This document shows, one piece after another, positions 18,723-29,030 of a stretch of DNA of 64,000 nucleotides; within the stretch, counting starts at the first letter, position 1, and each line of letters opens with the position of its first letter. The notes below the pieces were generated by a model that saw only the letters and a list, made by a program, of their open reading frames with translations, was not told the DNA's origin and searched no databases. The stretch spans positions 1 through 64,000 of the IMG/VR virus record IMGVR_UViG_3300027749_002876, one strand, 5' to 3'. A program made the translations under genes and the position numbers.

Positions 18723-21436
18723 GTTACGTTGACGCTATTCACAGTAGAGATGAAGATCGTATCTATGTAGTAGAACGGGATAATAACGGCAAGCGTCAAT
18801 ACAAAGAATATCCTACAAACTATGTAATGTATTATCCTGATCCTAAGGGTAAACAGCGTAGTATCTATGGTGATCCAGTGAGTCGTTTCAGTACACGTAA
18901 ACGACAAGAGTTTGAAAAAGAAAAGCGCATCCATTCAGGTAAGAAATTATTTGAAAGTGATGTACCTGTTGTCTTCCGTTGTCTAAGTGAAAACTATCTA
19001 GGTGTTGACGCACCTAAATTACATACTTGTTTCTTTGACATTGAAGTTGACTTTGATCCTGTCAAAGGCTTCAGCCCTACTAGTGACCCATTCAATCCAG
19101 TTACTGCTATCAGTTGTTACTTAGACTGGCTTGACCAATGTATCACATTAGTCATTGCTCCCAAACATATGTCTAGTGAAACAGCTAATGAAATCACTAA
19201 TGAGTTTGGGAACACAATGTTGTTCAAGACTGAGAAAGAAATGTTTGATGTGTTTTTTCAATTGATTGAAGATGCAGATGTATTAACTGGTTGGAACTCA
19301 GAGGGCTATGATATACCTTACATGGTCAATCGTGTTACTAGGGTAATGAGTAAAGATGACACACGCAAGTTTTGCTTGATGGGTCAATTACCTAAAGCTA
19401 GAGAATATGAACGATTTGGTAAATCAGAAACTACATACGACTTAGTTGGTCGTGTACATCTTGACTATTTACAACTCTACAAAAAGTACAACTATGAGTC
19501 TCGCCACTCATATAAGTTAGATTCTATTGGTGAGATGGAAGTAGGCGAGAACAAAACTGTATACGAAGGTACTCTTGACCAGTTGTACAACAAAGACTTC
19601 AAAAAGTTTATCGAGTACAACCGACAAGATACTATGTTGTTGGTGAAGATTCACAACAAACTTAAGTTTTTAGAATTAGCTAATCAACTTGCACATGAGA
19701 ACACTGTACTGTTACCAACAGTTATGGGTTCTGTGGCAATGATTGAGATGGCCATTTTTAATGAGGCCCACGCACGTGGATTGGTAGTTCCTGATAAAAA
19801 ACGAAAGACTGAAAATGATAATGAAATTCAACAAGCGGCAGGTGCCTTCGTTGCTACTCCCAAAAAAGGAATGCACGAATACGTCGGGGCAGTTGACATC
19901 AACTCGCTCTATCCCTCGGTTATTCGTGCCCTCAACATGGCAGGAGAAACAATCGTTGCACAAGTCAGACAGACAATCACAGACCAGTACATGAGCGACA
20001 AGGGCCTTCGACTAGCAAGTGAAAAGAAACGCTATAAAGAAGGTGACGATGATGTGACTGGCGCTGTTCTATGGGAAAACTTGTTTGGTTCACTAGAGTA
20101 CACTGCAATTATAAATCAAGAACGAGGTACCATGCTTACTGTAGACTACGAAGATGGTCGCAGTGTAGAAATGAGTGCGGCAGAGATATGGAAATTAGTA
20201 TTTGATAGTCATAAGCCCTGGATGCTAAGTGCAAACGGCACAATCTTTACTTATGAAAAAGAGGGCGTTGTTCCCGGACTATTAAGTCGCTGGTACTCAG
20301 AACGTAAAGAAACACAGAAGCTAGCAAAAGAAGCGTATGGCACTGACAAATATGATTATTATGATAAGCGTCAACTTGTTCGTAAGATTTTGTTGAACTC
20401 AGCATACGGTGCATTGTTGAATGAACATTGTAGATTCTACGACAAGCGTATAGGTCAGAGTGTTACATTAAGTGGCAGGCAGATTGTTCGTCATATGATG
20501 AGTAACATCAATGAAACGGTTGAAGGTGTTTATTCGCATGAGGGCAATGCCATAGTCTATGGTGACACAGACAGTTGCTACTTTACTGCATACCCTATTC
20601 TCAAATCGCAAATAGCAAATGGTGAGCTTGAATGGAACAAAGAAACTTGCATTGGTCTATATGATAGTATTGCCGATCAAGCTAATGATTCATTTCCGGG
20701 ATTCATGGAGAAAGCATTTCACACACCTCGCAAGAACGGTGAGATTATCAAAGCTGGACGAGAACTAATTGGTGATCGTGCTATCTTTATTGTTAAGAAA
20801 CGATATGCTATCAACATCTTTGACAAAGAAGGTAAGCGTAAGGACAAAGATGGCAGTGCAGGTGACATCAAAGCTATGGGTCTTGACTTGAAACGTGCTG
20901 ACACACCTAAGTATATACAAGAATTCTTAATGAATGTGTTGCAAATGGTCCTTCAACAAGGTAAAGGTCGTGATGAAGTTATTGAAGCAATCAAAGACTT
21001 TAAGCGTATCTTGTCATCACAAGACAGTTGGACTAAGGGTTCACCTAAAGGTGTAAACAAACTTACATACTACGGTGACTTGGAAGCTAAAAGTAAAACT
21101 GGCAGAGCAAACATGCCCGGGCACGTTAGAGCCGCACTTAATTACAACTACTTGCGTAGAGTTAATGGTGATAACTATAGCCAGAGTATCATTGACGGTA
21201 TGAAGGTAGTTGTTTGTAAACTAAAATCTAATGCGTTAGGGTTTACAAGTATTGCTTATCCTGTTGATGAACTACGACTACCTAAATGGTTTACTGAATT
21301 ACCGTTTGATGATGCTGAAATGGAAAAGACATTAGTTGATGAAAAGATTGATAATTTACTAGGTGTGTTGGGTTGGGATATTCGTTCTAATACAGACACA
21401 AAGAGTACATTTGATGATTTGTTCTCATTCGGGTGA
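18719..21436 (+). CDS. polB: family B DNA polymerase (T4 gp43-like)
   Basis: exonuclease FDIE and WNSEGYD; polymerase DINSLYPS, KILLNSAYG, YGDTDS, KKRYA; TTG start. Confidence 0.97.
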   Translation: MSYVDAIHSRDEDRIYVVERDNNGKRQYKEYPTNYVMYYPDPKGKQRSIYGDPVSRFSTRKRQEFEKEKRIHSGKKLFESDVPVVFRCLSENYLGVDAPKLHTCFFDIEVDFDPVKGFSPTSDPFNPVTAISCYLDWLDQCITLVIAPKHMSSETANEITNEFGNTMLFKTEKEMFDVFFQLIEDADVLTGWNSEGYDIPYMVNRVTRVMSKDDTRKFCLMGQLPKAREYERFGKSETTYDLVGRVHLDYLQLYKKYNYESRHSYKLDSIGEMEVGENKTVYEGTLDQLYNKDFKKFIEYNRQDTMLLVKIHNKLKFLELANQLAHENTVLLPTVMGSVAMIEMAIFNEAHARGLVVPDKKRKTENDNEIQQAAGAFVATPKKGMHEYVGAVDINSLYPSVIRALNMAGETIVAQVRQTITDQYMSDKGLRLASEKKRYKEGDDDVTGAVLWENLFGSLEYTAIINQERGTMLTVDYEDGRSVEMSAAEIWKLVFDSHKPWMLSANGTIFTYEKEGVVPGLLSRWYSERKETQKLAKEAYGTDKYDYYDKRQLVRKILLNSAYGALLNEHCRFYDKRIGQSVTLSGRQIVRHMMSNINETVEGVYSHEGNAIVYGDTDSCYFTAYPILKSQIANGELEWNKETCIGLYDSIADQANDSFPGFMEKAFHTPRKNGEIIKAGRELIGDRAIFIVKKRYAINIFDKEGKRKDKDGSAGDIKAMGLDLKRADTPKYIQEFLMNVLQMVLQQGKGRDEVIEAIKDFKRILSSQDSWTKGSPKGVNKLTYYGDLEAKSKTGRANMPGHVRAALNYNYLRRVNGDNYSQSIIDGMKVVVCKLKSNALGFTSIAYPVDELRLPKWFTELPFDDAEMEKTLVDEKIDNLLGVLGWDIRSNTDTKSTFDDLFSFG

Positions 21437-21499
21437 ATTGATGTTGCATTTCGCAATAAAATCCACTATAATACACATATAAACAACCTAAATAATTCT

Positions 21500-22066
21500 A
21501 TGATATCTCAAATTGAATTTGCTAGAAACAATAACTTTCCTTTAAAATTATTTGTTAGGGAAAATGTGTTAAGTGTAGAGATGTGTAATAATATTAAAGA
21601 GTTTACAAAAACTGAACATTCTGGATGGCATCGTTCTATTAATCGTACACCAAAGCATTGGGATATTGAATGTCACACTTGTAGAATCCCACTAGAGTGG
21701 GACAATGGTGAATTGCATAAATTACTATCACCAGTCTGGGAAGAAGCAATTGAATATTACGGTATGAATGTAACTCATGTAGAACATTATGAGGTAAAAA
21801 AATACAGTGAAGGTGATTACGTTACAGAACACGTTGACCAGTTTTACGGTAAAGCAGGAATTGAACGAAAATTAACGATGCTTGTTCAATTAAGTGACGA
21901 GTCTGATTATGTTGATGGTGATTTACATGTGATCAGATATCCAAGAAGCAAAACTATAGGATCATTGGTAATTTTACCTGCATTCTATTTACATGAAGTA
22001 AAAACAATAACATCAGGAGAACGCTGGTCACTGAATTGTTGGGCATGGGGCCCATATTGGAAATGA
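21500..22066 (+). CDS. 2OG-Fe(II) oxygenase (PKHD/prolyl-hydroxylase-like)
   Basis: HVD, RKLT, HEV, GERWSL. Confidence 0.85.
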   Translation: MISQIEFARNNNFPLKLFVRENVLSVEMCNNIKEFTKTEHSGWHRSINRTPKHWDIECHTCRIPLEWDNGELHKLLSPVWEEAIEYYGMNVTHVEHYEVKKYSEGDYVTEHVDQFYGKAGIERKLTMLVQLSDESDYVDGDLHVIRYPRSKTIGSLVILPAFYLHEVKTITSGERWSLNCWAWGPYWK

Positions 22067-22124
22067 CCAGACTAGTTGTATATTCTATAAAAAATGTATA
22101 CAATTCAACATACAAAGGAAAAAC

Positions 22125-22859
22125 ATGAAAGATAATTTACAAGACTTGATTCAACATACACATGGCTTAGGCAATGTTGACTTAATCAAAATCACAGGTA
22201 CAGATCAAGAGACACAAGTTAACGCAGTAGCAGAAGACAAATCTGTTATTGTTAGTGGTTCATTTAAGAATCCAAATGCAGGTTTTATTGGTACGTTTGG
22301 TATGCCTAACTTAGGCAAATTAAAAACAATTTTAGGCTTTGATGACGTTTATGATTCAGATGCTAAAATTAATATTACATATGTAAAAAAAGATGGAGTT
22401 GATGTTCCATCAGCAATTCACTTTGAAACTAAGAACGGTGACTTTGTTAATGACTATAGATTGATGAGTAAAGCAATTGTTGAAGAAAAAGTCAAAACTG
22501 TTACCTTCAAGGGTACTACATGGAATGTTGAATTTGAACCTACAATTGCAGGCATTCAACGACTAAAGAAGCAAGCAAGTGCTAACAGTGAAGAAGATCA
22601 TTTTACATTGACTACAGTTAATGGTGACTTGAAAGCTAACTTTGGTGATCCATCAACTCACAGTGGTAACTTTGTGTTTCAAGCTGGTGTAGGTGGAACA
22701 TTGAACAAAACATGGAACTGGCCTGTTAAGGTATTCTTGGCAATCATGGATCTTCCCGGTGACAAGACAATTCGTGTAGCTGATGCTGGTGCAACTGAGA
22801 TTACAGTTGACAGTGGTTTGGCAACATATCGTTACTTACTTCCAGCAAACGCAAAATGA
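22125..22859 (+). CDS. probable DNA polymerase sliding clamp (gp45-like)
   Basis: 244 aa beta-rich protein near the polymerase, C-terminal Y-x-Y-L-L-P-A. Confidence 0.55.
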   Translation: MKDNLQDLIQHTHGLGNVDLIKITGTDQETQVNAVAEDKSVIVSGSFKNPNAGFIGTFGMPNLGKLKTILGFDDVYDSDAKINITYVKKDGVDVPSAIHFETKNGDFVNDYRLMSKAIVEEKVKTVTFKGTTWNVEFEPTIAGIQRLKKQASANSEEDHFTLTTVNGDLKANFGDPSTHSGNFVFQAGVGGTLNKTWNWPVKVFLAIMDLPGDKTIRVADAGATEITVDSGLATYRYLLPANAK

Positions 22860-23242
22860 TTGACTATGTACACGGCGGTATATTCATGAATGTAACTAGT
22901 ACTAAAGGGGCAACTCCCTACATCAATACTGGTCAACCAATAACAGGCATGGTATCATTTGATGGTGTTAGTCAAACTATGAAAGTTTATGATGGTCATG
23001 GTTGGCAAGCTGTTGGTGGTGGCACTGCTACTGTTAATCTATCGCATGATGCTATCAGTATACTAAAGTGGGCTGAACAGAAAATGCTAGAAGAAGCCGA
23101 GCGCAATAAATTAGCAGAAACAAATCCCGCTATCAAAGACCTTGTTGAACAGATTAAACAAAAAGAAGAACAAATAAATATGGTTCAAACTCTACTTAAT
23201 AGTCCAGGTCATAATGAAATCAAAAATTCTATGGTACCATAA
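22856..23242 (+). CDS. hypothetical protein
   Basis: translationally coupled ORF. Confidence 0.75.
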   Translation: MIDYVHGGIFMNVTSTKGATPYINTGQPITGMVSFDGVSQTMKVYDGHGWQAVGGGTATVNLSHDAISILKWAEQKMLEEAERNKLAETNPAIKDLVEQIKQKEEQINMVQTLLNSPGHNEIKNSMVP

Positions 23243-24795
23243 TGGAACAAGTTAATTTATCAGCAAGTCATAATCCCGATTGGGCATTGTTCTTACCTGC
23301 AGTCAGTAGTTTTTATATTGCTGGCTTGGGTAAGCAACGTGAGGGCGAAGTATACTTTGAACCTCAACGTATACCTGCACAATTCAATGGTGATGTTGAG
23401 AAACTGAACTTTCTTAATAGCAAAGAAGGATTATACTATTACAAGTGGGGTTTGTATAGTGCAGGTCATGCTAACTTAGATACTACCAAAGATGATCCTA
23501 ACGAAAGTATCATTCGCAAACGTGAAAGTGGTACATTCATGTTGGGTGACAGTGGCGGCTTTCAGATTTTAAAGGCTCAGTGGCCAGCAGACTGGAAAGA
23601 TCCTAACTGTCCACGTGCTATGGTAAAACGTAAAGCTGTATTGAACTGGATGGACACATACATGGACTATGGTATGTGTTTAGATATCCCATCACAATCT
23701 CTATCTACATTTCATATCAAAGATCCAAAGACAGGTAAGAGTGCTCATGGAATCAGTACAATTGAAGAAGCTATTAGTGCTACTCATATCAACAATGAAT
23801 ACTTTATTAAACATCGTAATGGTAACTGTAAGTTCTTAAATGTGTTGCAAGGTCGTAATCATACACAGAGTGATGATTGGTATGAAGAAATGAAAAAGTA
23901 TTGTGACCCAAACATCTATCCAGATAATCACTTTAATGGTTGGGCATTCGGGGGTCAGAACAAGATTGATGTACACTTGATGTTGCGTAGACTTGTTAAT
24001 ATCATACATGATGGATTACTAGTAGAAGGTAAACATGATTTGATTCACTGTTTGGGTGTATCAATTTTAGAGTATGCGGTACTCTTCACCGACATTCAAA
24101 AAGCTATTCGTAAGTATCACAACCCTAAACTACAGATTACATTTGACTGTGCAAGCCCATTCTTTAGTGCGGCTAAGGGTCTAGCATATTTTAACACAGC
24201 TATTGAACATAACAAGAAATGGTCTTATCAAATGGAAAAGACTGCTGAGAAAAAGTCTTATGCTAGTGATACCCGTAAGTTTAGAGATGCGGTATTGGCT
24301 GAGGGTATCCATAAAGTGTTTACAGATAGTCCAGTAACTGACCTGTTGACCTTAAAGGACCTTTGCTATCGTGGTCAAGGCTTCATTGGTCAACATGGTA
24401 AAGAAACTAAAACCAGTTGGGACACATTAAGCTATACATTACTGCAAAGTCACAATGTTTATACACACATGGCTGCTGTGCAAGAAGCTAATCGTCAATA
24501 TGAACAAGGTGTAATGCCTAAGATGGTTATGAATCGTTTTGATGATGAACACTTTGGTGAAATTGTTGATAAGATATTTGCACAAAACGATAGACAAAAG
24601 AGTCTAGATATGATAGAATCACATAGTAGCTTCTGGATGCAAATGAAATCAGGTAGTCAAGGTTTCAGTGGTAAGAAAGCAATGAACGCTATGACAATGT
24701 TTGACCAATTGTTTGAAGTAAATAATAGTGAGCCGGAAGTTGATGAAGTCATTGAAGACAGTGATGATGCAATGTCCGAAATCTTAGGAGAATAA
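23242..24795 (+). CDS. dpdA: TGT-fold DNA 7-deazaguanine transglycosylase (DpdA-like)
   Basis: DSGGFQ, MCLDIP, NVLQG, GWAFGG, HCLG, ITFD motifs; clustered with folE/queD/queE. Confidence 0.8.
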   Translation: MEQVNLSASHNPDWALFLPAVSSFYIAGLGKQREGEVYFEPQRIPAQFNGDVEKLNFLNSKEGLYYYKWGLYSAGHANLDTTKDDPNESIIRKRESGTFMLGDSGGFQILKAQWPADWKDPNCPRAMVKRKAVLNWMDTYMDYGMCLDIPSQSLSTFHIKDPKTGKSAHGISTIEEAISATHINNEYFIKHRNGNCKFLNVLQGRNHTQSDDWYEEMKKYCDPNIYPDNHFNGWAFGGQNKIDVHLMLRRLVNIIHDGLLVEGKHDLIHCLGVSILEYAVLFTDIQKAIRKYHNPKLQITFDCASPFFSAAKGLAYFNTAIEHNKKWSYQMEKTAEKKSYASDTRKFRDAVLAEGIHKVFTDSPVTDLLTLKDLCYRGQGFIGQHGKETKTSWDTLSYTLLQSHNVYTHMAAVQEANRQYEQGVMPKMVMNRFDDEHFGEIVDKIFAQNDRQKSLDMIESHSSFWMQMKSGSQGFSGKKAMNAMTMFDQLFEVNNSEPEVDEVIEDSDDAMSEILGE

Positions 24796-24796
24796 T

Positions 24797-25009
24797 ATGC
24801 CATACACAAATCGTATTAAAACACTAGAAGAATCAATTAGATTGCTTGATAACCAAATTTTTCAATTAGAAAAAGAAGGTTCTAGTGATGAGAAAAAATT
24901 GATTCAATTAAAAGAAACTAAAGAAAAATATACCAAAGAAGTACGTGTAATGATTCGTGCTCAATGGGATCATGACCACGAAACAGTAGACTTAGAGGAT
25001 GATAGATGA
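24797..25009 (+). CDS. small coiled-coil hypothetical protein
   Basis: AGGAG SD. Confidence 0.75.
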   Translation: MPYTNRIKTLEESIRLLDNQIFQLEKEGSSDEKKLIQLKETKEKYTKEVRVMIRAQWDHDHETVDLEDDR

Positions 25010-25461
25010 TTGAACAACAAGCACAAGCCTTAACCGAACAGCGTCAACGCATTAAAGATAAAGCAGTGCGTACAATTTTTGTACGTTTTCAAAAAGAAGG
25101 TATTCATAAATACCCAGCGGCAGCAACAGACCCAAGCTTGGCAACAGGTGATGAGTATGATGTTAGCTTTCTAGCAACTCCACATCGTCACATCTTTCAT
25201 TTTGAAGTGACGATTGAAGTATTTCACAACGACCGTGATATCGAGTTTATTCAATTTAAACGATGGTTAGAGAATCAATATTCTCAAAACATTCTTCAAT
25301 TGGATTACAAAAGTTGTGAAATGATTAGTGATGACCTCTATGATGTTATCGCAACTCGATATCCAGATCGTAACATTGTTATTCAAGTATCAGAAGATAA
25401 TGAAAACGGTGCTACGATTGTTTACAATACTTATCAACCTTCTCTTTCAATCGCTATTTAA
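25006..25461 (+). CDS. QueD-paralogue T-fold protein, DpdL-like (candidate CDG decarboxylase)
   Basis: LATPHRHIF = LxxxHRHxF; DRDIEF, SCEM, VSEDNENG; next to dpdA. Confidence 0.65.
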   Translation: MIEQQAQALTEQRQRIKDKAVRTIFVRFQKEGIHKYPAAATDPSLATGDEYDVSFLATPHRHIFHFEVTIEVFHNDRDIEFIQFKRWLENQYSQNILQLDYKSCEMISDDLYDVIATRYPDRNIVIQVSEDNENGATIVYNTYQPSLSIAI

Positions 25462-25474
25462 AGGAATTATTAAA

Positions 25475-25681
25475 ATGGCAAAATCACAATTTCAAACTAA
25501 TCCACGTGTTACACAAATCTTTGAGGACCTAGAAGGTTATCTCATGTTCTGTCAGGACTATGGATACAAATACGATGAGTCAACATTGTATGACATGCGG
25601 AGCTTTGCGTTCCGTCAATATAGCAAAGCCTGTACAGGCAAGTGGGCTAAAGATCAATGGCAAGAGGATATGCGCCCATGA
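25475..25681 (+). CDS. hypothetical protein (68 aa)
   Basis: AAGGA SD before ATG 25475; start refined from 25328. Confidence 0.75.
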   Translation: MAKSQFQTNPRVTQIFEDLEGYLMFCQDYGYKYDESTLYDMRSFAFRQYSKACTGKWAKDQWQEDMRP

Positions 25682-26439
25682 AAGTAGTATTAATTACAGG
25701 TGGCTTTGATCCACTACATAGCGGACATATTGCATATATTAATGCGGCAAAAAAATTAGGAGACATGCTAGTCATCGGACTTAATAGTGATGCTTGGTTA
25801 TCTCGAAAAAAAGGTAGACCTTTCTTGCCATTAGGTGAGCGTGTGGCAGTAACTTCGGCATTAGATACACCCGATGCATTGTTGTTATTCGATGATAGTG
25901 ATGACACTGCTAAAGATGCTATTAAGCAACTTAGAGAAAACTACCCAGAAGCAACTATTGTATTTGCTAACGGTGGTGATAGAACTAGCGACAATATTCC
26001 TGAAATGGATATCAATGATAATAACATTGAATTCGTTTTTGGTGTAGGCGGAGAAGACAAAGTAAATTCTAGTAGTTGGATTCTTGATACTTGGAAAGCA
26101 CCCAAAACAGAACGTGAGTGGGGCTATTATCGTGTGTTGCATGAAGTAGATGGTACTAAGGTAAAAGAACTTACAGTGGAGCCAAAACAATCTCTCAGTA
26201 TGCAAAAACACAGTAAACGCAGTGAGTACTGGATTGTTACTGAAGGTAAATGCAAATTGCGTAAGTATGCTGAAACGGGTGAATTAATTGAGACAATATT
26301 AAGTAAACATGATACAATTACTATTCAACCTGATGAATGGCATCAGTTAGTCAACACATTTACTAAGCCGTGTAAAATTGTAGAGATTCAGTATGGTAAG
26401 AAATGTGTGGAAGAAGATATCAAACGACAAAATGCATAA
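25678..26439 (+). CDS. cytidylyltransferase fused to a mannose-6-phosphate-isomerase-type cupin
   Basis: TGGFDPLHSGH, NGGDR, SSSW; WGYY...LSMQKH..RSEYW...EIQYG. Confidence 0.85.
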   Translation: MKVVLITGGFDPLHSGHIAYINAAKKLGDMLVIGLNSDAWLSRKKGRPFLPLGERVAVTSALDTPDALLLFDDSDDTAKDAIKQLRENYPEATIVFANGGDRTSDNIPEMDINDNNIEFVFGVGGEDKVNSSSWILDTWKAPKTEREWGYYRVLHEVDGTKVKELTVEPKQSLSMQKHSKRSEYWIVTEGKCKLRKYAETGELIETILSKHDTITIQPDEWHQLVNTFTKPCKIVEIQYGKKCVEEDIKRQNA

Positions 26440-27631
26440 ACTATTTTACATGGGCCTAGAGCCTTACAAAGCAAGATACACACTACAGTTACAAGACTGG
26501 AATGAAAGTGTATTTAAACGCAGGGGCATTAACTATGTTATTGTCCCGGGCGAAACATTAAGTAATGACCAGGCTATCGTTACTGGTCAGGTACTAGACG
26601 CACATGGACGCACATACTTCGGTATGAGTCAACTGATGAATCTAGTTAAGATGATGAAGCAAGGTGAGGTAGGCGCAGGTGATATAGTTTATTTTGAAGA
26701 TATGTTTCAGCCGGGCATTGAATCATTGCCCTACATTATGAAACAGATTCCAGTTACGAGTCGTCCTAAGATTTATGTTCGTTGTCTAGCACAAAGTATT
26801 GACCCTGATGATTTTGTACACGTATGGGGTATGAGTGAGTTCATGGGTCACTATGAGAAGATGGTTGATTCATTCGCTGACGGTGTACTCGCTAGTAATG
26901 AAGAAATGGTTATGCATATGAAGATTGCGGGTTGGAAGGCACCAATCTATAATATTTCAGGCTTAGCATTTGGTAAAGAAGAAGTACGTGGTCGTATCAA
27001 TAATAACATCAAGACTTTCAATGATCGTACTATGCGTATTGCATTCAGTGCAAGATGGGATCAAGAAAAGCAACCAGACTTTTATATGGATGTGATTGAA
27101 GAATTCTACAACCGTTATGGTATAAAGGATCGTCACGGTGTATATCGTGGTGTAGAATTCTGCGTATTCAGTGGTAGTAAACTGAAAAGTAACAACGATA
27201 GTTATATGAAGCGTACACAAGATATGCAAAGTCGTGGGTTGCTAAAAGTATACGAAGACCTAGATAAGAATCAATATTACGAATTATTGAATGATACTAG
27301 AGTATTATTTAACTGTGCATTGCAAGATTGGGTAAGTAACACAGTGAGTGAAGCAGACAGTTTAGGTGCTAACGTATTGTATCCAGCATATCGCAGTTTC
27401 CCAGAAACATTTGCAAATGACTATACAAGAATGTATGCGCCCTGGTCAGTTGAAGATGCAACTATTAAGTTGTATAATATGTTACATCAACCGCATGTAA
27501 ATCAAGGTAAGATTAGTGATTGGACTAATGGTACAATCGATAGAATTTGTGATATCCTAGAAGGTAACGGACAACAATGGTTGCGTATGGATAGTGATTA
27601 CCGCAAACACACCCGTGAAGCAAAATATTAA
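26432..27631 (+). CDS. GT-B fold glycosyltransferase-like protein
   Basis: ARWDQEKQP and ALQDWVSNTVSEA...YRSFPE resemble the GT4 donor-binding region. Confidence 0.65.
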   Translation: MHKLFYMGLEPYKARYTLQLQDWNESVFKRRGINYVIVPGETLSNDQAIVTGQVLDAHGRTYFGMSQLMNLVKMMKQGEVGAGDIVYFEDMFQPGIESLPYIMKQIPVTSRPKIYVRCLAQSIDPDDFVHVWGMSEFMGHYEKMVDSFADGVLASNEEMVMHMKIAGWKAPIYNISGLAFGKEEVRGRINNNIKTFNDRTMRIAFSARWDQEKQPDFYMDVIEEFYNRYGIKDRHGVYRGVEFCVFSGSKLKSNNDSYMKRTQDMQSRGLLKVYEDLDKNQYYELLNDTRVLFNCALQDWVSNTVSEADSLGANVLYPAYRSFPETFANDYTRMYAPWSVEDATIKLYNMLHQPHVNQGKISDWTNGTIDRICDILEGNGQQWLRMDSDYRKHTREAKY

Positions 27632-27641
27632 GGAGAAAATT

Positions 27642-27839
27642 ATGAGCGCACAAAATGATATTGAAAGTAGTTTGGCAGCATACAATAGTGAGAATGACAA
27701 GTTTGTCAAAGGTAATGCAGCCGCTGGTACACGTGCCCGCAAAGCATTAGCAGAACTAGCTAAAGCAGTTAAAGCTCGCCGTAATGAAATTACAGCAGAG
27801 AAAACCGCACGTGCTGAAGAAAAAGCAAAAGCTAAGTAA
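27642..27839 (+). CDS. histone H1-like (Hc1-type) nucleoid protein
   Basis: KGNAAAGTRARKALAEL motif; AAGGAG SD. Confidence 0.7.
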   Translation: MSAQNDIESSLAAYNSENDKFVKGNAAAGTRARKALAELAKAVKARRNEITAEKTARAEEKAKAK

Positions 27840-27845
27840 TCGTGA

Positions 27846-27916
27846 TAAATATGTTGTAGGCTACACAACGGTAGCTTACACTTCAAAACAAAAACCATCA
27901 CAAAGGAAGGTTATCT
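27846..27916 (+). promoter_or_regulatory. late promoter plus structured 5' leader of folE
   Basis: TAAATA 27846-51; 10-bp hairpin 27855-80; weak hairpin 27893-912 over the SD. Confidence 0.55.
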
Positions 27917-28597
27917 ATGAGTTATAATAAAACAAAAACAGATCCAGAGTTGGGTCAACAAGTGCATGAACACTTAGTCAAAATGGGTGTTGAAACCCCA
28001 ATCAAACATCGTAATCTAGACCGTAAAGAAAAGATTGATATCATTGCAGGTAACTTCACCGAGATCATGCGTGTTCTCGGTTTAGATTTATCAGATGATA
28101 GTTTAATTGACACACCTAATCGTGTCGCCAAGATGTACGTCAACGAAATCTTTTGGGGACTAGACTATGAAGCATTCCCTAAATGTACAACAGTTAACAA
28201 CAAGATGCAATACAATGAAATGGTTGTAGAGCGTAATGTTAATGTTCAATCTAACTGCGAACATCATTTTGTAGTCATCGATGGGTTGGCTACTGTAGCT
28301 TATGTCCCTAAACAAAAAGTATTAGGGCTTAGTAAGATAAACAGAATTGTAGAATATTTCAGTAAGAGACCTCAGATACAAGAGAGGTTAACAGAGCAAA
28401 TTTTTCACACCTTACAGTTTATCCTTGATACAGAAGATGTTGCAGTTATGATTGATGCACAACACTATTGCGTTAAAAGTCGTGGCGTAGAAGATACGGG
28501 TAGTAGCACAGTTACTTGTCGTTTAGGTGGTGGTTTTAAAACTGATCCTGCCGCGCGTAGCGAGTTTTTACAAATTGCTAACAAAGGTTGTAAATAA
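27917..28597 (+). CDS. folE: GTP cyclohydrolase I
   Basis: TPNRVAKMY, CEHH, GLSKINR, QIQERLT, HYCVKSRG. Confidence 0.97.
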   Translation: MSYNKTKTDPELGQQVHEHLVKMGVETPIKHRNLDRKEKIDIIAGNFTEIMRVLGLDLSDDSLIDTPNRVAKMYVNEIFWGLDYEAFPKCTTVNNKMQYNEMVVERNVNVQSNCEHHFVVIDGLATVAYVPKQKVLGLSKINRIVEYFSKRPQIQERLTEQIFHTLQFILDTEDVAVMIDAQHYCVKSRGVEDTGSSTVTCRLGGGFKTDPAARSEFLQIANKGCK

Positions 28598-28794
28598 TGT
28601 TAAAAGATAGACGAGTTTTACTAGAACAAGAAATTAAAAAAGCACACGATGAGGCTGCAGCCTTATACTTAGATATTGTTACACATGACGGTGATGTTCA
28701 TAGCACTGAGTATAAATCAATTAAAGATAAAATTATGAATCTAGAGTTTGATCTTAATGTCGTAAATCAATTAATACATAAAGGTCACAAATAA
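28597..28794 (+). CDS. hypothetical protein
   Basis: TAATG-coupled ORF. Confidence 0.7.
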   Translation: MLKDRRVLLEQEIKKAHDEAAALYLDIVTHDGDVHSTEYKSIKDKIMNLEFDLNVVNQLIHKGHK

Positions 28795-29030
28795 TGGGCT
28801 ACCGTAAGCAAATAGATTATAATAGTGTACATCATCAAATCTATATGAGTGGAGTTGAACTTCATAGTAACTATAATGACGGTTTCAATCAATTTGAAAT
28901 CAAAAAAGATTTACATAAACTGAAATGGTTGTTAGATGAAATTATAGCTGATGCGCCTACATTTACAGGTGAGGATGAATTTTTAAAAGAGCACGACCAA
29001 ACCAAAATGTGGAAAACACTTTCAAAATGA
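28794..29030 (+). CDS. hypothetical protein
   Basis: TAATG-coupled ORF. Confidence 0.7.
   Translation: MGYRKQIDYNSVHHQIYMSGVELHSNYNDGFNQFEIKKDLHKLKWLLDEIIADAPTFTGEDEFLKEHDQTKMWKTLSK

Noticed and set aside
18719-21436. Intein or intron in the DNA polymerase
   Set aside because: The 905-aa ORF is continuous, with no intein terminal motifs or homing-endonuclease insert visible.
23242-24795. Ordinary tRNA-guanine transglycosylase (tgt)
   Set aside because: Long and divergent, lacks the canonical CxCxxC Zn site, and sits with replication and deazaguanine genes. A DNA-acting DpdA fits better, though this is unproven.
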